From positions 1 through 46,827 of IMG/VR virus record IMGVR_UViG_3300045988_062651: a stretch of DNA of 46,827 bases; one strand, 5' to 3'. This document shows, in pieces, positions 21,996 to 29,145 of the stretch (position 1 is its first letter; every line of letters begins with the position of its first letter). A program made the translations under genes and the position numbers. The stretch is from a virus. A model generated the notes under the pieces. The model ran no database searches and had not been told where the DNA came from. It saw only the letters and a program-made list of their open reading frames with translations.

Positions 21996-22604
21996 TTATT
22001 GCACAATCTTCGTATAGCTAACATTTTTTATAGTGGTGTTCGGATTATGACTCACAACATCAACCTTTCTACTTTCAAGTTTTTTGCAGTACCATAGGAA
22101 ACCAAGGAACCTTTTACGGGTAACGCTCTCAACAATTTCCAAATCTTCTCGGTTAGCTATGTTGATTTGCATTGTGTCTTTTATCATATCGATAGTTCCG
22201 GACAGGTCTGTCCAGGCACTCGTATAGTTGAAAGTAGCAACTCCAGGTATCGTATCATGAACTGCAACAAGAATTGTATCACGAGTTTCTAGCTTAGTAT
22301 TAACAAGCGCTTCCAGGTCTTTGTTACGAATTTTGAGGCTTTCAATAAGTTTCATGTCCTCTTCTCGATAGGTCTTGAACTCTTTGGCTGTTAGCTCCAA
22401 ACTTCTGATTTGCGCAACATTTAGGCTGTCCTGGATTTGATAATGACGGACCTTTAATATAAGGTCATTATTTGACTCCAGAAGAACCTCCATATTTTCC
22501 TTAATACGGCCCAGATTCTTTTTATGGACTGAAATACGGTCGCATAATAAGCCGATAATCACGAATAGGACCAGGATTACAAGATAGGGTGTCAACTTTT
22601 TCAT
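21996..22604 (-). CDS. N-terminally anchored coiled-coil membrane protein (202 aa from the ATG at 22604); possible spanin-like lysis accessory
   Basis: TM segment LTPYLVILVLFVIIGLL followed by heptad-rich sequence. It is the last gene of the lysis cassette. Confidence 0.45.
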   Translation of the reverse strand: MKKLTPYLVILVLFVIIGLLCDRISVHKKNLGRIKENMEVLLESNNDLILKVRHYQIQDSLNVAQIRSLELTAKEFKTYREEDMKLIESLKIRNKDLEALVNTKLETRDTILVAVHDTIPGVATFNYTSAWTDLSGTIDMIKDTMQINIANREDLEIVESVTRKRFLGFLWYCKKLESRKVDVVSHNPNTTIKNVSYTKIVQ

Positions 22605-22661
22605 AACTGATAAAAAATTACCTCCAGGCAAGATACCAGGAGGCAGTTAAAAATGATTAAA

Positions 22662-22781
22662 CTACTTAGACTGAAGAGCCGTAACGATTGCCTTCAGTAC
22701 CGGAATAAGCTCGCTAGCTCTAAGCTGGTTGCCCTGTTCAAGCATCTTGTTAAGAGCAGCAGTCATTTCTTCATTTGTCAT
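22662..22781 (-). CDS. 39-aa ORF, paralogue of 24116-24268
   Basis: The peptide is MTNEEMTAALNKMLEQGNQLRASELIPVLKAIVTALQSK. It shares a 44-nt core (43/44 identical) with the second copy. Confidence 0.45.
   Translation of the reverse strand: MTNEEMTAALNKMLEQGNQLRASELIPVLKAIVTALQSK
22702..22745. repeat. 44-nt near-perfect direct repeat, copy 1 (partner 24189-24232)
   Basis: GGAATAAGCTCGCTAGCTCTAAGCTGGTTGCCCTGTTCAAGCAT compared with the same string carrying A for G at position 12. Confidence 0.9.
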
Positions 22782-22836
22782 GGCTTAACGATTTTGATAG
22801 TTAATAAATAAGGGAACTATTATTCTTTTATTGCGC

Positions 22837-23301
22837 TCATTCACTTCCTAAATTTTCTGCCCATTTTTCAGTCCAGAAATGTGAATACTCTTTGTTTTTT
22901 GCCCATAACTTGTCATGCCAACATGCGTGCCACAATGACGGAATACCAATCACTACAAGATATAACCACCCAAGCATTCGTGATTGTCGGACATGTCCGT
23001 ATTCGTGCCGCACATCGCTTTCGTCCCATTTTCCGCCAATAATGATATATTCGCCTAAAGTGACGCCGCCTGGAAAAGCACGAAAATGAACAAATCTAAC
23101 TTCACGCATCTTGCCTTTAATCTTTAGGCAATAGACATACCTTTGCCCTCCGTTATCTCTTATATTTGCCGAGAAGATGAACCCCAAAAGGTTCTGCGGC
23201 AATTGCCATATCCACAATAGGACATAAAGCAACACATGATACCATTTCTTTTTTTCTTGCGATAGCTTTGCAAAGTCATCGCTGTAATCATAATTATACA
23301 T
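22837..23301 (-). CDS. Membrane protein with an HExxH zinc-metalloprotease-like motif
   Basis: RHEYGHVRQSRMLGWLYLVVIGIPSLW. The HEYGH motif is followed by a hydrophobic helix, and there is an N-terminal TM segment WYHVLLYVLLWIW. Confidence 0.5.
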   Translation of the reverse strand: MYNYDYSDDFAKLSQEKKKWYHVLLYVLLWIWQLPQNLLGFIFSANIRDNGGQRYVYCLKIKGKMREVRFVHFRAFPGGVTLGEYIIIGGKWDESDVRHEYGHVRQSRMLGWLYLVVIGIPSLWHACWHDKLWAKNKEYSHFWTEKWAENLGSE

Positions 23302-23306
23302 AACTC

Positions 23307-23759
23307 TTAAAGTTTTTCGCCTTTATACGATTTGTTATACAGAATCTGCCGCCGTTGTTTACCCTCCAACTTGTGCGAAAAATGCACAAACGTTGGGTAA
23401 ATTATCATCTGGTCAAACGGCAAATGATTGGCCGCTGCCATTCTGGCCAATTCAATAGGTTTAGGAAAAGCGACATCCGCCGCTTCTCCCTTTACGTGTT
23501 GTGATGTCGGAACACCGCCAACAGCGGCATTCAGTTCGCTACATCTATACCCGGAATTTATCCGAAGCGGTACGCCCGCAATGTCGCGCAATGGCTGTAG
23601 AACATTATCCACAAGCGACTTTATAGCATCGCGGACAGCAAAGGAACGAACAACATTGCAAATGCCCTTTTCTTCCGCTATTTTGCTGTCCTCAAATTCC
23701 GAAAATGAAAAATCTTTACTGATTGTGCCCATATCATTTGGTTTTGTTAATTTCGTCAT
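23307..23759 (-). CDS. Peptidase M15 (VanY / L-alanyl-D-glutamate peptidase type) endolysin
   Basis: SGYRCSELNAAVGGVPTSQHVKGEAADV ... FVHFSH contains the H-x6-D ... H zinc ligands. Confidence 0.8.
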   Translation of the reverse strand: MTKLTKPNDMGTISKDFSFSEFEDSKIAEEKGICNVVRSFAVRDAIKSLVDNVLQPLRDIAGVPLRINSGYRCSELNAAVGGVPTSQHVKGEAADVAFPKPIELARMAAANHLPFDQMIIYPTFVHFSHKLEGKQRRQILYNKSYKGEKL

Positions 23760-24135
23760 ATACTGCCTTTATAGTAGGTACCTCATAGGCAGTAAGCGGG
23801 AAATCGGGCTCTTCATTGCTAACAAACGTCACTACATTTATAGCCTTCAAAAGTACGCTCATATGCATATTTTTTCCATACCTTCTCAGTGTTTGTATAT
23901 TTGACGTCACTTCTGAGCCACTGCTTTCGTCGTACATCACTCGATACCATTCGTCAGTTTTCCATGGAAGAAGATAAATACAACCATATCCGGCTTCATT
24001 TGGGGCTATTATAGCACAAGGATTTTTATCCAAAATTGCGGCTTTTTCTGCCGGAATCTCAAAGTCAATACCGCTTGGAAATATGACATCTTCAATATTG
24101 GAGATGTCAGGCATTTCAATTTCTACTACTGGCAC
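23734..24135 (-). CDS. Hypothetical protein (GTG start at 24135 or ATG at 24114), possibly fused to 24116-24268 through a G6 run
   Basis: This frame is open upstream through FRNQLGGGGV. It lies +1 relative to the small ORF. Confidence 0.55.
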   Translation of the reverse strand: MPVVEIEMPDISNIEDVIFPSGIDFEIPAEKAAILDKNPCAIIAPNEAGYGCIYLLPWKTDEWYRVMYDESSGSEVTSNIQTLRRYGKNMHMSVLLKAINVVTFVSNEEPDFPLTAYEVPTIKAVYDEINKTK

Positions 24136-24268
24136 TCCGCCGCCCCCCAGTTGATTCCGGAATTAAATCTATAATTTTATTTAGTGCAGGAATAAGCTCA
24201 CTAGCTCTAAGCTGGTTGCCCTGTTCAAGCATAGCCGTCAGGGCCATGCTAATTTCATTCTTTGTCAT
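24116..24268 (-). CDS. 50-aa ORF, paralogue of 22662-22781
   Basis: The peptide is MTKNEISMALTAMLEQGNQLRASELIPALNKIIDLIPESTGGRRSASSRN. It ends just after a G6 homopolymer (plus-strand C6 at 24143-24148). Confidence 0.45.
   Translation of the reverse strand: MTKNEISMALTAMLEQGNQLRASELIPALNKIIDLIPESTGGRRSASSRN
24189..24232. repeat. 44-nt near-perfect direct repeat, copy 2
   Basis: See 22702-22745. Confidence 0.9.
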
Positions 24269-24282
24269 AATACTATTTGTTT

Positions 24283-24744
24283 TTATTTTACTTTACCATG
24301 TTTCGGCTGTTCCTTAATCATCTCGATAATCTTTTGAGCTTTTTCGCTGTCCACGCACGCGATTATCTCCTGAACAGCATCTACCACTCTGCCAGCCGCG
24401 CTCTGCTTCTTACGCGAGTTTTCAATGACGGAGCGCCCTTCAATGAGAAGTACGCCAAGCGTCGCTAAAATCGCGCAGTACGGCAGGTTATACCACGTAA
24501 ACACAGCGCCCAAGATGTCAATGAGAATGAAGAAGTACACTATCCGCAGATAGTCGATAATCTTCCTTATAGTCTTACGAAGTCCGTGGCTCATAATCTT
24601 TTCCTTGTTCGCCTTTGCTGCGTCTATGCCTGTCCACATGTCAATCAACGCAGCCGCGCAGACGAGCACGCAGAGCATGAAGGTTATCATTATTCCCTGA
24701 CTTAGGCCGTCGGGGAGATTTAGCATTGTGATTATTTCGTCCAT
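24283..24744 (-). CDS. Holin (phage_holin_4-like)
   Basis: Three hydrophobic helices, DMWTGIDAAK, and the LIEGRSVIEN motif typical of this holin family. It lies upstream of the endolysin. Confidence 0.65.
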   Translation of the reverse strand: MDEIITMLNLPDGLSQGIMITFMLCVLVCAAALIDMWTGIDAAKANKEKIMSHGLRKTIRKIIDYLRIVYFFILIDILGAVFTWYNLPYCAILATLGVLLIEGRSVIENSRKKQSAAGRVVDAVQEIIACVDSEKAQKIIEMIKEQPKHGKVK

Positions 24745-24755
24745 ACTTTTTACTC

Positions 24756-24935
24756 CTATTGTGCTGAGTTGCCCTCTGTGATTGCACCGTCAGCGGATAA
24801 TTTGATATTGATGTTGTCAGCAGGGTTGTTGGTGTTCTTGACGAGCAAGCCATACCAATCGTCGTTTATCTTGTAGAGAGTGCCAGCCCAAACCCCTTGT
24901 AGGTACAGTGCATAACCGTTGCATTTGGTACCCTC
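24756..24935 (-). other. 59-codon open frame (-1 relative to 24866-25144), a likely C-terminal continuation of the fibre-like gene
   Basis: Hand translation gives EGTKCNGYALYLQGVWAGTLYKINDDWYGLLVKNTNNPADNINIKLSADGAITEGNSAQ. It has no start codon of its own. Confidence 0.4.
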
Positions 24936-25144
24936 CTAAGATAGTCATCGAGCTTCGACTTGTTGGAGGAGGATGTCTCCGTGAAATTCACGCAGGTCGC
25001 AATACCAATAAATTGGTACCCAATACCCAATGAATTTATTATTGCTAACAAACTTTGTTGAAGCAATGCGCCCGTAATTTCATTGTTATCATTTGTCTTG
25101 ATAACATGTTGAATTGCGGCTTTTAAGGTTTCATAATTTGCCAT
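24866..25144 (-). CDS. Tail-fibre-like protein N-terminal part (92 aa), apparently frameshift-truncated
   Basis: The N-terminus MANYETLKAAIQHVIKTNDNNEITGALLQQSLLAIINSLG resembles the conserved N-termini of Bacteroidota phage fibre proteins, recalled from memory and unverified. Confidence 0.5.
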   Translation of the reverse strand: MANYETLKAAIQHVIKTNDNNEITGALLQQSLLAIINSLGIGYQFIGIATCVNFTETSSSNKSKLDDYLRRVPNATVMHCTYKGFGLALSTR

Positions 25145-25158
25145 AATTCTCTCGGTTT

Positions 25159-26388
25159 TTAACTATTTAAGTAGTCATCATTATAATCATTGTTGAAATC
25201 GCCTATAGACCGAATATAGCCGAGGCCAATTTTCTTTGCGACGGTCGCAGTCGTAAACTCAGCGTCTACTGAAGCAATATCTCCGTAGTCTTCCCATTCT
25301 GGTGAAAGCATGAACGAATCAACAGAATATCTTTGTCCCTTGTAGGTTATTACTGCATAGTCCGACAGCCTTATGAAGCGCATGACGTCTAGAAGATACT
25401 CCGAAGCCAAGAATGAAAAATGAAACGTTTTCTTTGATATTTGCTTGATAGGGAAAGTATAGCCGTCCCTTTCTTCGCTTTCTTCCTCGAACTCGTATTC
25501 TGGCTTAGCAATATCTGTCTGTAAATACAAGATATTTCTAAATTGTGTATTGTTTGCGTATTTGTAAACAATCGTTCCGGCGTCCATCACGAAATCTTCT
25601 ACGTCCCACCACTCGATTTTCAAATATGGTTCAATGTCGTTTACGACCGTGAACATTTCGGAATACCACGTTTGGGTTCCGTCGGAAATCGTGGCGTAAT
25701 ATTGGCCATTTGCAAATTGCGTGAACACGGGCGTTTGACCGCCGAACACGATTACATCATACCCAAGCGACGCAAACGGTTTAATGGCAATTCCGGCGTC
25801 CAGGATTGCTTGTGTAAAGTCGCCTACCAACTCGCCGCATCGTGTATAAATCTTGAAACTTTTTATCGTTGTTGGTACGTTATTCGCCTTATACACTTCC
25901 CCGTCATACTGCTCAAACTCGCTATTTGAGGTAAGCACCTTTATTTTTGTAGTACCTTTTGGCAATGTCCAAAAGCCAGAATACGTACCCATACTAACAG
26001 ATCGAGAAAACAGGACTTTATCCGAACTATCATAAGCAACATAGCATACCGAGTCTCCGACCTCCTCGCCTCCGTGAACATACGTTGGAATATTAGATAA
26101 ATACACCGCGTCTATCCCCGATACGTCATATACATTGACAAAACCTGAACTCACGTCCTGATACCAAGAACCATCGCTTGTCAGATAGCCCGTATCGCCG
26201 TCTGTCGATTCAAGGAGGTCACCTTTTGCAAGTTCTGTTCTTGGCGGGCGCATCACTTGAAAAGGAAGCATATAGCCAGACGGAACAAACAGCGGATATA
26301 CTTTGTCATACATCCACCATTTACGGGCATTCTGTCGCTCGATTGAATCGTAGAATGGTAACACAGATAAATTATTATTTGGTATCAT
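25159..26388 (-). CDS. Tail tip / baseplate-associated structural protein (409 aa)
   Basis: Assigned by position downstream of the tape measure and the 816-aa protein. No motif was recognised. Confidence 0.45.
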   Translation of the reverse strand: MIPNNNLSVLPFYDSIERQNARKWWMYDKVYPLFVPSGYMLPFQVMRPPRTELAKGDLLESTDGDTGYLTSDGSWYQDVSSGFVNVYDVSGIDAVYLSNIPTYVHGGEEVGDSVCYVAYDSSDKVLFSRSVSMGTYSGFWTLPKGTTKIKVLTSNSEFEQYDGEVYKANNVPTTIKSFKIYTRCGELVGDFTQAILDAGIAIKPFASLGYDVIVFGGQTPVFTQFANGQYYATISDGTQTWYSEMFTVVNDIEPYLKIEWWDVEDFVMDAGTIVYKYANNTQFRNILYLQTDIAKPEYEFEEESEERDGYTFPIKQISKKTFHFSFLASEYLLDVMRFIRLSDYAVITYKGQRYSVDSFMLSPEWEDYGDIASVDAEFTTATVAKKIGLGYIRSIGDFNNDYNDDYLNS

Positions 26389-28825
26389 ACTTTAACGTTG
26401 TGTTTGCGTTCCTTGATGACAAATTTATGGACATTTTCTGGATTGTCCCATTGCCAAGTCCCGTTTTAATTAAATTGAACATATCTGGTTCTTTTAAGAC
26501 TGGGAATTTGATGGTTTGTGTTTTCAACTTTTTAATACCCTGCACCACTTGTCTAACGCCATTTATTTCTACATTCTGCGCAGGCATATCAAACATATAG
26601 TACTGCTGCAAGAACATAAATGAGACCCACGCATTTTGCAATATATGGTCCATTCCATCAAAGTTAAAATTAGCATACGGTAATTTGTACGTAATGCCAT
26701 ATATTGCATTCAACGTTCCAGTGAAATTCGTTGCAGAATTATACATTATAATAAACATTTGCGTAACCTTGAACGTAAATGAATATGTTGTATTTGCCCG
26801 TACAATCGTACCAATTTCTTCCAGTTCTGCAATAGCATCTGATTGCGCAATTTTTATATTTCCTGCCGTGCTTTGAATATTTATCGTTATCGTTTGCCCA
26901 AGGAATTGACGCAAGTCAATTTCATTAAATATAATTCCAGACGTCGGCGTACCGCTTTTCGTAATTGGTTCTTCCAAATAATTTTCAGCTGCTCCGGCAA
27001 GCAATACAAAGCCATCTTTGGAAATTTCGCTAGGATTCAACAAAATATAATCAACGTCAGACGTGAATTGTGACACATCAATTTGTTTTATGTTGTCCGG
27101 AGTAACGTACTTGGAAACAATATCAATCGGGTATCCGTCAAAAGGCTCAGTAACGTCGTCCATCCATCCAAATTGGTAGCGAGCCGCCATTTCCGATTTA
27201 TCAAATTCGTATTGATTACGGGCGTACGCCCATGGTTTCCCGTTTCGAGTTACAATCTGTTTCGTCAAATTTATTCCAACAAGAGGCTCTCCCCTATATC
27301 TACCACCGCGCATAAAATATGATATATGTTCGATGCGGAACCGGTTTTGTTTATCAATGAACCAATAACAACGGAAACAATCACGCAACATATCAGTAAT
27401 GCGCTTTAATGTTATTGGGGCCTTTTGCGCCGGTTGGTCATAACCAGAGGAAATGACATTTGATTTAGGCGCAATGAACAACCGTTGTTTAATACTTGTA
27501 ATTGGGTTGGTATCGTCATACAGGAATTGGGAATAATCTGTTGTTTTATCGTGTGTGATTCCGGGCGCAATCTTTGCCAACAAAACTGATATAACCGACC
27601 AAAGTGGGAACACATCTTTTAATGTGTATTCCTTGCGCCAATGTTGTTCCGTTATCCAATCGAATACGTCAAAGACGAACCAATATGATATATGGGACCA
27701 TGCTGCTCGAGCAATTGGATATGCGTTGCTAAAACCAGCGGCTGCGGGTATTCCGGCATCGTAGTATAGCCCTGGCTGATATATACCCCATTTGGTCGGC
27801 GTTGTTGTAAGATAATCTGAAATCCAAATTGTGTCCGGGAAATAGTAACCGATAACATGCGAATAATTGCGGTTATTTTCTACAATATCATCAGTTGGAA
27901 TTGGACTTGCGTCCAGTCCTGATGCATGTTCAACGTCTGTTATATACCGCGCGAATACCGATGTGTCGTGAATGTATAATTTAACAGTTCCTGACGCGCC
28001 TGCACCCGAATTCGGAATCAATTCAATTTCAATCGGGTATGTCGTGGGTGTTTGATTGCCGAAAATTACTCGCCACATTACTGTACCGTCTGAAATACGA
28101 ACGATTTGGAACTTTTCGAACGTGGCGTTAGTTGCACGGTAGTAACTATGCAAAAACTTATATCCTTCTTTTACGTATTCTGTTGTACCGATTCCTGAAT
28201 ACGGCTCACCAAAGTATACTTCTGGAATAGTCGGAGTTCCCTGTTGTGTTACCTCAACAATTCGGGTTGTTTTATTCTTGTAAAAGTAGTATTTGTTTTC
28301 CAATACGCTTTCGTTGGTCACCTCGTCGCATTCTTGTTCCCACCACATGCCAGAAAGGAAACAACCGATAACCGTTTGGCCAGGAATATAAACCTGAATC
28401 ATCGGCCGTTTGTCCAACTTGACAGGTTGGATTACCGGAGCCAAATTGATAAGGTCATATTCCTTGTCCATTCCAGCTAAAATCGCATTATAGCAGTCAT
28501 TGACGTTCGGCGTTACTATCACTGTTTGGTCGTCATCATTAAATTGGCAATCAGTTTTCCAAAATTGCCCGGACCAATAAACAGCCCACGTTTGGCCGCC
28601 ATTATATGAAATAGATATTACGACGTTAAATTGTGTGTCGAACGCCTTATCGCGAATAAATAGGTAATCGTCTTTTTGAAATGTTAATTTACCAGACAAT
28701 TTGCCCCGGTAAAATTCTTGGTTCTGTTCTAACGCATACTCAATCGCCAAATCGTCTTTATAAATAGGGAACGCTTGGCGAGTATCATTTCCGGCAGAAA
28801 GTTGAAATTTATAAATCGGGTTCAT
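26375..28825 (-). CDS. Large tail tip protein (816 aa; distal tail or tail-associated candidate)
   Basis: Assigned by position after the tape measure and by size. Confidence 0.5.
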   Translation of the reverse strand: MNPIYKFQLSAGNDTRQAFPIYKDDLAIEYALEQNQEFYRGKLSGKLTFQKDDYLFIRDKAFDTQFNVVISISYNGGQTWAVYWSGQFWKTDCQFNDDDQTVIVTPNVNDCYNAILAGMDKEYDLINLAPVIQPVKLDKRPMIQVYIPGQTVIGCFLSGMWWEQECDEVTNESVLENKYYFYKNKTTRIVEVTQQGTPTIPEVYFGEPYSGIGTTEYVKEGYKFLHSYYRATNATFEKFQIVRISDGTVMWRVIFGNQTPTTYPIEIELIPNSGAGASGTVKLYIHDTSVFARYITDVEHASGLDASPIPTDDIVENNRNYSHVIGYYFPDTIWISDYLTTTPTKWGIYQPGLYYDAGIPAAAGFSNAYPIARAAWSHISYWFVFDVFDWITEQHWRKEYTLKDVFPLWSVISVLLAKIAPGITHDKTTDYSQFLYDDTNPITSIKQRLFIAPKSNVISSGYDQPAQKAPITLKRITDMLRDCFRCYWFIDKQNRFRIEHISYFMRGGRYRGEPLVGINLTKQIVTRNGKPWAYARNQYEFDKSEMAARYQFGWMDDVTEPFDGYPIDIVSKYVTPDNIKQIDVSQFTSDVDYILLNPSEISKDGFVLLAGAAENYLEEPITKSGTPTSGIIFNEIDLRQFLGQTITINIQSTAGNIKIAQSDAIAELEEIGTIVRANTTYSFTFKVTQMFIIMYNSATNFTGTLNAIYGITYKLPYANFNFDGMDHILQNAWVSFMFLQQYYMFDMPAQNVEINGVRQVVQGIKKLKTQTIKFPVLKEPDMFNLIKTGLGNGTIQKMSINLSSRNANTTLKYDTK

Positions 28826-29018
28826 TGTGGTTTGCTTTTAACGTTTTGCCGATTGATTCAAATAATGCTTTAAGGTCTTCCTCCTCTCCTGCAACCGACA
28901 CTCTGGCCTGTTTATTTGCCGCAACAGCTAGTCCCTGCAACTGACAATTAAAATTGTTAGCGGTTCTTTGAATTTGCCCAGCCTTCTCTGTTGGCAATAA
29001 TGCAGTCTTAACTATCAT
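28809..29018 (-). CDS. Hypothetical protein (69 aa)
   Basis: First ORF after the class II promoter at 29085. Confidence 0.5.
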   Translation of the reverse strand: MIVKTALLPTEKAGQIQRTANNFNCQLQGLAVAANKQARVSVAGEEEDLKALFESIGKTLKANHNEPDL

Positions 29019-29084
29019 ATATTACAGGCTTTATACTATACGCGTAAATATAACAAATTAAAGCGGGTTTCCTGTACAATTTAG

Positions 29085-29092
29085 CAAATCTA
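29085..29092 (-). promoter_or_regulatory. -7 promoter element TAGATTTG (class II) for the tail-tip and lysis genes
   Basis: The minus strand reads GTTAGATTTGCTAA, nearly identical to the string at 42488. Confidence 0.55.
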
Positions 29093-29102
29093 ACGAGACA
29101 AT

Positions 29103-29136
29103 AAAATCCCGGAGCAAATTGGCCGTCCGGGATTTT
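29103..29136 (-). terminator. Intrinsic terminator after the tape measure gene
   Basis: Stem AAAATCCCGGA/TCCGGGATTTT with a 12-nt loop. A T-run follows on the minus strand. Confidence 0.7.
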
Positions 29137-29145
29137 ATTTGTTCA

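Noticed and set aside
24641-24853. The 70-aa minus-strand ORF between the fibre-like gene and the holin.
   Set aside because: It overlaps the holin start. Its translation is Arg/Ser/Thr-rich and not protein-like. The third frame (24756-24935) gives a far more plausible continuation of the fibre gene.
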